Source: Syntrophorhabdaceae bacterium (lineage in GTDB: Bacteria; Desulfobacterota; Syntrophorhabdia; Syntrophorhabdales; Syntrophorhabdaceae). From it: 64,000 bases of DNA. The stretch covers positions 2,112,001 to 2,176,000 of the forward strand of contig OY762209.1 of assembly GCA_963665295.1 (NCBI GenBank), read 5' to 3'. Shown here in pieces: positions 8,702-17,264 of this stretch. Positions within the stretch are counted from its first letter, which is position 1. Each line of letters opens with the position of its first letter. The notes beneath the pieces are model-generated. The model worked only from the letters and a program-made list of their open reading frames with translations. It ran no database searches and was not told the DNA's origin. The translations under genes were made by a program, and so were the position numbers.

Positions 8702-10177
8702 ATGTCAAATCATCCGGCCATTTCCGTCTGCATGATCGTGAAGAACGAGGAAACGAACCTCCCGAGACTCCTCGCGTCGATAAGGGGGCTTGCGGACGAG
8801 GTCATTGTAGTCGACACGGGCTCGACGGATAGAACGGTCGAAATAGCGAAAAGCTTCGGGGCGAAGACCTACCATTTCGAATGGTGTGACGATTTTTCCG
8901 CCGCGAGAAACGAGTCCCTGAAATATGCCACAGGGGATTATATCTTGTGGCTGGATGGCGACGACGAAATATCGGAGCAGGACCACCCGGCGATAAAGGA
9001 GCATCTGTTGGGACATCCCGGCTCCGCGGTCTACCTGAAAGTGGTAAGCATCGCGGAGGAGGGGCCCACCGAAGCCATGCAGCTTCGCATGTTTCCGAAC
9101 CTCAAGGGCCTCGCGTTTTCCGGCAAGGTTCATGAACAGATTCACGACGCTCTTGCTGAAAAGGGCGTGCCTTTCACGGGCTGCCATGCCCGGGTGACCC
9201 ATTTCGGGTATCACACGCGGGAGGCTCTCGAGGAAAAGCTGAAAAGAAACAAGGCGATCCACGAGAAGGAATTGGAGGAAAATCCGAACAACCTCCATTC
9301 CCTCTTTTTTGCCGCAAGGGCCCTGAAGGGCCTGAACGAGGTCGAAGAGGCCCTGGAATACATGGAAAAGGTTCTTGTCCTGGGGAATGAGAGCAGGGAC
9401 AGGGATGTGCTCATGGTCACCGTCGTTGACATGGCGGACGCCCTCTGCAAGTTTGGGAGGGACGGTGAAGCCATATCGCTCCTTGAACGATGGAAGACTC
9501 CACTCAAGAATCCCCCTCTCCTGGGTTACACCCTCGGGGAACTCTATTTTAAGGGCAGAGACTACGGGAAGGCATATGTCGCCCTCGCTCCTCTCAAAAA
9601 CGAAAAGTTTGAAAATGAGATCGTGCCCCTTCTCGTGGGGGGGACGCGATTCACCATGCTGAGGGACCTCGGGGTATCCGCCCTTTTCGCGGGCGACCTG
9701 ACCCTGGCGGAGGAATGTTTTACGAACTGCCTTGAGATGGACGATCAGAATGACGAGGCATGGCATTACCTCTCTCTCACAAAAGAACGGAACTCGGACA
9801 TGAAAGGCGCCGTCGAAGTATGCCGCAAAGGACTTGCAACCATTAAAGACAATGGGTTTCTTAAGAAACGGCTCTTCCTCAGCCTTATCAGGAACAATGA
9901 ACCGGAGCAGGCCCTTAAGGAATACGACGGCCTGAACGGACAGAAGGATAAGGACCTGGAGGTAATGGCCGGCATGTTCCATATACATTGTATAAGACTC
10001 GACATGGACGGCATAAACCGGTTTTACTCGCTTATCCGCAGGGAACTGTCCCTTTCCCCCGATGTATTTCCCGAGGGACTGGACCGTGTAAGGAAGACCC
10101 TTCCTCTTTTAGGGGAGGCGAAGGCCGGAGAATTATTTGAATCGGGAATTTCGCACTTGCTCCGGATAAACCCTTAA
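8702..10177 (+). CDS. GT2 glycosyltransferase with TPRs, probable flagellin glycosyltransferase
   Basis: ISVCMIVKNEE, VDTGSTD, DFSAARN, WLDGDD, VHEQ, HFGY then TPR helices; directly upstream of fliC. Confidence 0.88.
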   Translation: MSNHPAISVCMIVKNEETNLPRLLASIRGLADEVIVVDTGSTDRTVEIAKSFGAKTYHFEWCDDFSAARNESLKYATGDYILWLDGDDEISEQDHPAIKEHLLGHPGSAVYLKVVSIAEEGPTEAMQLRMFPNLKGLAFSGKVHEQIHDALAEKGVPFTGCHARVTHFGYHTREALEEKLKRNKAIHEKELEENPNNLHSLFFAARALKGLNEVEEALEYMEKVLVLGNESRDRDVLMVTVVDMADALCKFGRDGEAISLLERWKTPLKNPPLLGYTLGELYFKGRDYGKAYVALAPLKNEKFENEIVPLLVGGTRFTMLRDLGVSALFAGDLTLAEECFTNCLEMDDQNDEAWHYLSLTKERNSDMKGAVEVCRKGLATIKDNGFLKKRLFLSLIRNNEPEQALKEYDGLNGQKDKDLEVMAGMFHIHCIRLDMDGINRFYSLIRRELSLSPDVFPEGLDRVRKTLPLLGEAKAGELFESGISHLLRINP

Positions 10178-10200
10178 GTTTGCCGGCCACGTGACGATAA
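10174..10200 (+). promoter_or_regulatory. sigma28 promoter of fliC
   Basis: TTAAGTTT-N11-GACGATAA about 100 nt upstream of the flagellin start. Confidence 0.8.
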
Positions 10201-10304
10201 CTGTATTTAGAAGGGATAGAAAAGAAAGGAGGTGCAGAGGATAAACCTTTCTTATCCCAAAAAAAGGGCACGATGCCCAATAAAAAACAAACAGGAGGTT
10301 TACC

Positions 10305-11441
10305 ATGGCTTTTAGAGTTAACACGAACGTATCGTCCTTAAACACTCAGAGATGGTTAGGAATATCAGGAACAGCTCAGGCGAAATCACTGGAAAGACTC
10401 TCAAGCGGCTTCAAAATCAACAAGGCGTCCGATGACGCGGCAGGTATTGCAATCGCCACAAAGTTGAACGTGAAATCGGTCTCCATGACAAAGGCCATCG
10501 ACAACGGCAACCAGGCACTCTCCATGTTGCAGACGGCAGAAGGTGGCATCGACCAGATCTCCAACATCCTCACAAGGCTTAAAGAACTTGCCACCCAGGC
10601 GGCTTCCGACAACACCACGGACAGAACGGCACTGGACAATGAGAGGAGCTACCTCGAGACGGAAATCGGCAACATAAGAAGCAACACTACCTACGGCACA
10701 ACCGGTCTCCTTCAGGGCGGCGCGACTATCGCTGCGGGCGCTTCCGGCACCAGCTTGACTGCAGGCGGCGGTATCGCGAACATCGATGTCACCTCAGCGG
10801 CAGCGGGCGTCTTCACGTTGACCAACACGGCCCTTACGGCCGGCGCAGGAACCATTACCCTGGCAGGAGCAGGCGGAACACAGTCAGTGTACGTAAGCGG
10901 CGTCACCGGATTTAACGAAGTGACGGCTAACTTCTCGACCCTTGGCGTGAAAGTAACGGTCAACGCGGCCCTGGCAGTGAATGCCGGCGCAAGTGGAGCC
11001 ACAAGTGGGTTCACAGTAAGTACGGGTTCATCTTCCTTCACGTACCAGATGGGTGACACAAACCAGACCATGAACCAGGTTGGCGTGTCCATAATGGACT
11101 TCGCCGTTACCGGTTCGGTCCTCAACATTACATCAGGTTCCAACGTTGCCAGCAAGTCGTCGGCACAGGCCTACATGACCTTGATCGATACGGCCGTCGG
11201 CAACCTCACTACCCAGCGAGGTAACCTCGGTGCTTCCATGAACCAGATCAGCTACCACGTGGCGAACCTGAGTACCATGAGTGAGAATGTCAAGTCGTCG
11301 GTATCGACGATCAAGGACGCAGACTTCGCTGCCGAGATGGCGGATTTCACGAAGAACCAGATTCTGCAGCAGTCCGGTGTAGCAATGCTCGCTCAGGCAA
11401 ACTCTCTCCCGCAGCAGGTACTCTCTCTGCTGAAAGGGTAA
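10305..11441 (+). CDS. fliC: flagellin
   Basis: RVNTN, ERLSSGFKINKASDDAAG, QTAEGG, IKDADFAAEM, MLAQAN..PQQVLSLL; Ser/Thr/Ala/Gly-rich middle. Confidence 0.98.
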   Translation: MAFRVNTNVSSLNTQRWLGISGTAQAKSLERLSSGFKINKASDDAAGIAIATKLNVKSVSMTKAIDNGNQALSMLQTAEGGIDQISNILTRLKELATQAASDNTTDRTALDNERSYLETEIGNIRSNTTYGTTGLLQGGATIAAGASGTSLTAGGGIANIDVTSAAAGVFTLTNTALTAGAGTITLAGAGGTQSVYVSGVTGFNEVTANFSTLGVKVTVNAALAVNAGASGATSGFTVSTGSSSFTYQMGDTNQTMNQVGVSIMDFAVTGSVLNITSGSNVASKSSAQAYMTLIDTAVGNLTTQRGNLGASMNQISYHVANLSTMSENVKSSVSTIKDADFAAEMADFTKNQILQQSGVAMLAQANSLPQQVLSLLKG

Positions 11442-11460
11442 GGGATAACAACGGAAACAG

Positions 11461-11492
11461 GCCCCCTTCCCTCACGGGAGGGGGGCACATTT
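11461..11492 (+). terminator. GC-rich hairpin after fliC (terminator or mRNA stabiliser)
   Basis: GCCCCCTTCCC...GGGAGGGGGGC stem with only a weak U tract. Confidence 0.6.
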
Positions 11493-11508
11493 GATTAGGG
11501 AGCAGACC

Positions 11509-11850
11509 ATGCTGGTGGATACGAAAAACATGATTTCGGACTTTGATTTCACCGCTGCCCCTGCGCCGAAAGCGAAGGAAGCCAGAAGAGCGGCGACCCC
11601 TCAGGAGGGGGCTGCCGATATTGCAAAGGTAAGTGAAGAGACGTTAAAGAAGATAGAAAACATGATCAAGGAGTTTGGTTCGTCGGACAAGGTGAGCATG
11701 CATTACGACAGGGACATCGACAGGGTAGTGGTGACAATTTCGAGCGGAGAGACTCAGGAGGTAATCAGGCAGATCCCCTCAGCTGAGTTTGTGTCTTTCT
11801 TGAAGAATTTCAACCAGATGCTGGGGTTGATGGTCAACAGGAGGTTATAG
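11509..11850 (+). CDS. flaG: FlaG family protein
   Basis: VVVTI..GETQEVIRQIPS and GLMVNRR; between fliC and fliD. Confidence 0.88.
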   Translation: MLVDTKNMISDFDFTAAPAPKAKEARRAATPQEGAADIAKVSEETLKKIENMIKEFGSSDKVSMHYDRDIDRVVVTISSGETQEVIRQIPSAEFVSFLKNFNQMLGLMVNRRL

Positions 11851-11852
11851 GG

Positions 11853-13574
11853 ATGAGCGGAACCGTATCCATGACCGGGCTTGTGAGCAATACCAACTGG
11901 TCGAGTCTTATTGATTCCATTATAAATGCGGAGAGGGCGTCTACGGAAAACCCCCTGACTGAGAGCAAGAACGCCTACCAGTTAAAGCTTACCGCGTGGC
12001 AGTCCTTCAATACGAAGCTTTCCGCTCTCACGGACTACATCGACAGCAATAAGCTCAACAAGACCGCCGGATACGGGGTCTACACATCTTCCCTCACGTC
12101 AAGCGACACGTCCGTCACCCCGTCGAGCGTGCTCAGCGTCTCGGTGGGCTCGTTGAGCGGGCCCGGTAAATATTCGATAGAGGTCTCGCAACTGGCCAAG
12201 GCGGAGAAGATATCGAGCGACGCCTTTACGTCGAACTCCACCGACCTCGCGTTGGCGGGAGATATTGTGGTCAACAACAAGGTGGTGACGATTCAGACCG
12301 GTGATAACCTGAATACCGTCGCTGCAAGGATAAACAACGCCGGTGCGGGAGTCACCGCCACGGTGCTCAAGGTGTCCGATTCGGAATACAGGCTGTCTCT
12401 GGAATCGAATACCACGGGAGCGACAGGGATGTCCCTCAGGAACGGCGGTTCCACGGACATTCTCGAATCTCTGAAGGTGCGCAGTTCCACCCAAACCCTC
12501 GCCCATGCGTCAGGCTCCGACGCCCTGAGCGACACGTATACGAATACGACGGGCGCAGTGGGAACGCTCATGGGCCTCACGTCGGCGCAGAGCGGGACCA
12601 TAAAGATCAACGGCACCGATGTGGCAGTCAACCTCGGCACGGATTCCCTGCAGACCATAGTGGACAATATCAATCTGGCCGCCCCTGCGGGCGTGACCGC
12701 TTCCATCGATACCGTGACCTCGGGGAGCGCCACTTCGTACCGGCTGAAACTTACGAATACGGGTGTATCCGACCTGGTGGACAGCAACAACATCCTCGAG
12801 TCCCTGGGGGTAGTCAAGTCTTCCGCAACCAATACTCTGAGAACGGGCCAGGACGCGTCCCTCAAAATCGACGGCTACGCCATCACATCGTCTTCGAATT
12901 CCATTACGACTGCCATAAGCGGGTTAACCCTTAACCTTGCCGGCACGAACGTGGGCAAGCCTGTCGATTTGACGATCAGCCAGAATACCACCCAGATAGC
13001 CACCAATGCCTCGACCCTGGTAACGGCCATAAACAACGTCATTTCCTATATCAACGAACAGAATACCTTCAAAAGCAGCACGGGCAGCAGCTCTACCGCG
13101 ACGCAGAATCCCCTGTTCGGTGATACCACCCTGGCATTGGTGAAGAGAAGTATCTCATCTGCCGTATTCACCACGGTGAGTGGAAATACCGCCTATACCA
13201 ATGCATCGGACATCGGGATCAGCTATCAGAAGGATGGGACGCTGGCCGTGGACAGCGCCAAGCTGTCGACCGCCCTCTCAACGAACAGCGACGAGACGGT
13301 GAAGGTGCTCAAGAACCTGGGGGATAACCTGTACAGCAATCTCCACGGTTTTGTGGACCCCGGCTCAGGGACATTGGTGCTCGCCACCAAGTCCATACAA
13401 AACAAGATGACCAGCATCGATACGAAGATATCCGACCTGGAAGCGCGGTACGAGAGAGAACGGGTGTTGATGGAGACCAAGTTCAATGCGCTCGAGGTGT
13501 TGATCAACCAGTCCAACACCACGAAGAGCTGGCTTACCCAGCAGTCTACCGTGTTGCAGAATACAAAGAGCTGA
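11853..13574 (+). CDS. fliD: filament cap protein FliD
   Basis: GLVSN, YSIEVSQLAKAE, GQDASLKIDG, SSSNSIT, LFGD, KFNALE. Confidence 0.95.
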   Translation: MSGTVSMTGLVSNTNWSSLIDSIINAERASTENPLTESKNAYQLKLTAWQSFNTKLSALTDYIDSNKLNKTAGYGVYTSSLTSSDTSVTPSSVLSVSVGSLSGPGKYSIEVSQLAKAEKISSDAFTSNSTDLALAGDIVVNNKVVTIQTGDNLNTVAARINNAGAGVTATVLKVSDSEYRLSLESNTTGATGMSLRNGGSTDILESLKVRSSTQTLAHASGSDALSDTYTNTTGAVGTLMGLTSAQSGTIKINGTDVAVNLGTDSLQTIVDNINLAAPAGVTASIDTVTSGSATSYRLKLTNTGVSDLVDSNNILESLGVVKSSATNTLRTGQDASLKIDGYAITSSSNSITTAISGLTLNLAGTNVGKPVDLTISQNTTQIATNASTLVTAINNVISYINEQNTFKSSTGSSSTATQNPLFGDTTLALVKRSISSAVFTTVSGNTAYTNASDIGISYQKDGTLAVDSAKLSTALSTNSDETVKVLKNLGDNLYSNLHGFVDPGSGTLVLATKSIQNKMTSIDTKISDLEARYERERVLMETKFNALEVLINQSNTTKSWLTQQSTVLQNTKS

Positions 13575-13606
13575 TGCGCCTTCAGACAGGAGGAGATAGA
13601 TAATAG

Positions 13607-14047
13607 ATGAATCCCTACAGGGCCTATTCAGCGGCAGACAGCAACGTGAATGGAGACAGCAAGCCGAAGCTTCTCCTTAAAGTCTACCAGTCGATGCTTG
13701 ATAAGATCGATATCGTGAAGTCCGCCATTGAAAGAAGAGATTTTGAAAGCAAATACGACGGGCTCACGAAGCTCACCACTGTGCTCGAAATCCTCGATTC
13801 TTCCCTGGATATGACCCAGGGTGGCGACGTGTCAAAGAACCTTTCCGACCTTTATCAGTACCTTGTAAGGAGGCTTGTGTCCGTCCATATAAGCCAGGAC
13901 GTCAAGATCCTTGATGAATGCAGGTCCATTATAGTTCTTCTCAATGAAGGGTTTGTCGCTGCCTATGAAAAAGAGGCCAAAGAGAAGGGTCCTGCATCGG
14001 GAGACAGCGAACCCGGCAATGCGCCTTTCTCCTGCCGTATGGTGTAA
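13607..14047 (+). CDS. fliS: flagellin chaperone FliS
   Basis: AY, LLLKVY, SLDMTQGGDVSKNLSDLYQY. Confidence 0.92.
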   Translation: MNPYRAYSAADSNVNGDSKPKLLLKVYQSMLDKIDIVKSAIERRDFESKYDGLTKLTTVLEILDSSLDMTQGGDVSKNLSDLYQYLVRRLVSVHISQDVKILDECRSIIVLLNEGFVAAYEKEAKEKGPASGDSEPGNAPFSCRMV

Positions 14048-14155
14048 TGAGCCCGGAGTCTCTCCGTGCTCCTCCGAATGTCTTGTCCTCCTCTCGCGCC
14101 GGGTCTCAAGGGTTACGGCCTGAACCGCGGGAAGTCCCCCGAATGGAACAAAGGT

Positions 14156-14692
14156 TCAGCCGCCGGCCGGCGTTTTCCGGGCAATCATATTGAGGCTGAT
14201 GAGTTCCCCTTTAAACCTCATGCTGCTGGTATCGTTGAAAATGCCGAATTCAGCGACCCTCCTGACGTCGCCGAAACCGGCTTCGCTCAGGTATGTATAG
14301 AGGAATTCCTGATTCAAACCGACATAATGGTAGTCGTGGGCATCCGTATGTCCTCCGAAGATCATGCGCATCACGTGAAACCGCTCAATCGGGTTCAACA
14401 GGTTTCTCGCGGAAAACAACCGGGCGAGAACGTCAAGATCGGGAACACTGACGTACAATGTTCCGGAAGGCTTCAAAACCCGGTTCCATTCCCTGAGGGC
14501 AGACAATAGCTCACCGTTATAATCGAAATGCTCCACCACATGGGACGCATAGATGTCATCAAAGGAAGCATCGGAAAAGCGGGACAGGTCATTGGCGTTG
14601 CCGAGATGATCGACATGGGGACCGGGAAGGACTTCCATAATTTCCCATCCTGGTGCGGCGGCGTTGCCGCCCACGTGTAATCTCCGTGCCAT
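14156..14692 (-). CDS. class I SAM-dependent methyltransferase domain protein
   Basis: LHVGG, FSDASFDDIYASHVVEHF, EWNRVLKPSGTLYVSVPD. Confidence 0.85.
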   Translation of the reverse strand: MARRLHVGGNAAAPGWEIMEVLPGPHVDHLGNANDLSRFSDASFDDIYASHVVEHFDYNGELLSALREWNRVLKPSGTLYVSVPDLDVLARLFSARNLLNPIERFHVMRMIFGGHTDAHDYHYVGLNQEFLYTYLSEAGFGDVRRVAEFGIFNDTSSMRFKGELISLNMIARKTPAGG

Positions 14693-14821
14693 ATGCGCCC
14701 CCTTGAACGACCTGTGAAAGACTATATCGCGATTGAAACCGTCCGTGCAAGTGTTATCGTGCGGGATGCCCGGGCCAATCGCGCAGCCGGTTGTTTTTAC
14801 CGGATCTTATGGCTCCGCCGG

Positions 14822-14850
14822 TTGTAAAAGGTTTCTCAAAAATGTACAAT
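14822..14850 (+). promoter_or_regulatory. possible sigma70 promoter
   Basis: TTGTAA-17-TACAAT ending 10 nt before ATG 14861. Confidence 0.45.
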
Positions 14851-14860
14851 TATCAGCGAC

Positions 14861-17077
14861 ATGGCAAAGAAAGTGAACAATACGAGGCCGGGAAACACCA
14901 ATGCCGCCGCTCTGCCCGGAATCCTTCGCTCGGCTGTTCAATGCTACGAAAAAGGGGATATATCCGGAGCGGAGACTTTTGCCCGATCAGCCATAAGGAT
15001 AGACCCCGGGAACGGTGATGCCCTGCTCATCCTGGGGGTGTGCGCCTATGGGATGAGGCGCTACGACGAGGCCTGCGAGCATTACCGGCACGCCTTGAGA
15101 ACATCGAAGTCGCCACTCGTTTACAACAACCTCGGGGCCGCCCTCAAGGAGTCGGGCAGGCTTGACGAGGCGATTGAGGCGTACGGACAGGCCTTGTTGC
15201 TCAAGCCCGACTATCCCGAGGCATACTGCAATCTCGGCAACGCGCTGAAAGACAAAGGAGATGTTGAGAGGGCCATAGGCGCCTACAACCAATCTCTTGG
15301 ACTCAACCCGTTGAACCCGGGGACGCTCAACAATCTCGGACACGCCTTGAGAGACGCGGGACGATTCGCCGAGGCAATAGAGGCCTACCGCAAGGCCATT
15401 CAACTGAACCCTGGTTTTGCCGACGCCTACCGGAGCCTCGGCATTGCCCTCAGGGAGTCGGGCAGGCTCGACGAGGCGATCGGGGCCTACCGGCAGGCCC
15501 TCGCGCTGAAGCCCGACTATCCCGAAGCGTATTACAATCTTGGGAACGCCCTGAGAGAGAAAGGAAGCACGGATGAAGCCATAGACGCTTACCGGCAGGC
15601 CCTCGCGCTGAAGCCCGACTATCCCGAGCCGTACTGCAACCTGGGAAACGCCCTGAGGGAGAAGGGGGATATAGAAGGGGCCGTAAGCGCCTGCCGGCAG
15701 GCTGCAGCCATGGCCCCCGGCTTTGCCGAAGCCTACAGCAATCTCGGTAATGCCTTGAAAGACCAGGGAAGGATAGAGGAAGCGATAGAGGCCTACGAAC
15801 AGGCGGTCAGACTGAACCCCCGACTCCTGGAAGCGCACAGCAACCTGATTTATTCGAGGCAGTTTCTTCCCGGTATCACTCTGGAGAGGATATTGGAGGA
15901 TCACCGGCAATGGAATGCGGTTCATTGCACGCGCTATGGGGAGCGGCGGGATTCCTTTGGAAATTCGAGGGACCCCGGCCGGGTACTCACCCTGGGGTTT
16001 GTCTGCGGTGATTTCAGAATGCATCCTGTCGGATATTTCCTGATACGGATATTCGAGGCCCTGGCCAAAGAGGATGTGAGGATTGTCTGTTACGCAAACC
16101 AGAAGGCCGGGGACGATCTGACCTCGCGTTTCAGGGCCGCGGCATCCGCGTGGAGGGATATCTATCATGTCTCCGACGATGAAGCCTGCCACATGGTCGC
16201 GAAGGACCATGTGGACATACTCTTCGATCTTACCGGGCATATCGAAAACAACCGCCTGGCCATATTCGCGCGAAAACCCGCGCCTGTCCAGATTACATGG
16301 GCCGGTTATATGGCGACCACAGGGATGGATGCCATGGACTATATAATCGGCGACCCGAATGAGATATGGGAAGGAGCGGAGAAATACTATACGGAAAAAG
16401 TCATAAGAATGCCTGACTCCTTTGTCTGCTACGAAGCCCCCCCGTATTCACCGGCTGTGTCACCTCTTCCTGCCCTGTCAAGGGGGTATGTCACTTTCGG
16501 CTGCTTCAATATATTGTGCAAGATTTCCCCCCAGGTGATCGCGGTGTGGAGGGATATCTTTGTCCGCCTTCCCCGTTCCAGACTCGTGCTCAAGACAAGA
16601 GAGTTGAGTTGCCGCAGCACCAGGGAACGATACCTCGGGCTCCTCGGCACCTATGGGATCGATCCGCACAGGGTAGACCTTATCGGCAGGACGCCTCACA
16701 AAGAACATATGGAATCTTACGGCGAAATCGATATCGCCCTGGACACTTTTCCCTTCTCGGGAAGCACTACCACGCTGGAATCGCTTTGGATGGGCGTGCC
16801 GGTGATCACCCTGCCCGGTGAGACCTTTGCCGGCCGTCATTCACTCAGTTTCCTTTCTTCCGTGGGCGTCAGGGAGACGATTGCCCGCGATGCGCAGGAC
16901 TTTGCGGAAATCGCGGTGGGCCTTGCCGGGGATATCCCCCGTCTCGCTCGTCTGCGCGCCTCCTTACGGGACAGGTTTGTGTCGTCACCTCTCTGTGACG
17001 GGACAAAGTTTGCCCGCCGTCTTATGGAAGAACTGCGGACGGTCTGGTCTTTTTGGTGTGGAGACCAAAGGACCTGA
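14861..17077 (+). CDS. TPR + GT41 (SPINDLY/OGT-like) protein glycosyltransferase, paralogue 1
   Basis: About nine NLG..L TPRs, then DFRMHPVGYF, PAPVQITWAGY, FGCFN..KI, LDTFPFSGSTTT, WMGVPV. Confidence 0.92.
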   Translation: MAKKVNNTRPGNTNAAALPGILRSAVQCYEKGDISGAETFARSAIRIDPGNGDALLILGVCAYGMRRYDEACEHYRHALRTSKSPLVYNNLGAALKESGRLDEAIEAYGQALLLKPDYPEAYCNLGNALKDKGDVERAIGAYNQSLGLNPLNPGTLNNLGHALRDAGRFAEAIEAYRKAIQLNPGFADAYRSLGIALRESGRLDEAIGAYRQALALKPDYPEAYYNLGNALREKGSTDEAIDAYRQALALKPDYPEPYCNLGNALREKGDIEGAVSACRQAAAMAPGFAEAYSNLGNALKDQGRIEEAIEAYEQAVRLNPRLLEAHSNLIYSRQFLPGITLERILEDHRQWNAVHCTRYGERRDSFGNSRDPGRVLTLGFVCGDFRMHPVGYFLIRIFEALAKEDVRIVCYANQKAGDDLTSRFRAAASAWRDIYHVSDDEACHMVAKDHVDILFDLTGHIENNRLAIFARKPAPVQITWAGYMATTGMDAMDYIIGDPNEIWEGAEKYYTEKVIRMPDSFVCYEAPPYSPAVSPLPALSRGYVTFGCFNILCKISPQVIAVWRDIFVRLPRSRLVLKTRELSCRSTRERYLGLLGTYGIDPHRVDLIGRTPHKEHMESYGEIDIALDTFPFSGSTTTLESLWMGVPVITLPGETFAGRHSLSFLSSVGVRETIARDAQDFAEIAVGLAGDIPRLARLRASLRDRFVSSPLCDGTKFARRLMEELRTVWSFWCGDQRT

Positions 17078-17141
17078 TCTCCGTCTTGCCCCACGGTTCC
17101 GCCTCCGCGAACAATCACGAAACTACCGGACTCCCCCCCGT

Positions 17142-17157
17142 TGGCATCATTGTTGCA
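17142..17157 (+). promoter_or_regulatory. sigma54 promoter of GT41 paralogues 2-4
   Basis: TGGCATCATTGTTGCA with 12-nt GG-GC spacing, intergenic. Confidence 0.72.
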
Positions 17158-17198
17158 TGGTTCAAAAGGCAGGGAGTGGAATGCCCGGAGGAGGAACT

Positions 17199-17264
17199 AT
17201 GGATGACGACGCGGCACATGGACAGACCGGAGGTTCAGAGACCCCCATGGAGGGTCTCTGTTGA
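17199..17264 (+). CDS. putative 21-aa upstream ORF (MDDDAAHGQTGGSETPMEGLC)
   Basis: GGAGGAGG before ATG; TGA overlaps the TTG at 17261; crosses a 9-bp hairpin. Confidence 0.35.
   Translation: MDDDAAHGQTGGSETPMEGLC

Noticed and set aside
14066..14509. Plus-strand 147-aa ORF after fliS as a possible fliT
   Set aside because: Overlaps the methyltransferase on the other strand and has no FliT-like helical pattern
17199..17210. Both candidate uORFs start with ATGGATGACGAC (MDDD)
   Set aside because: Similarity stops after four codons and the contexts are unrelated; treated as coincidence
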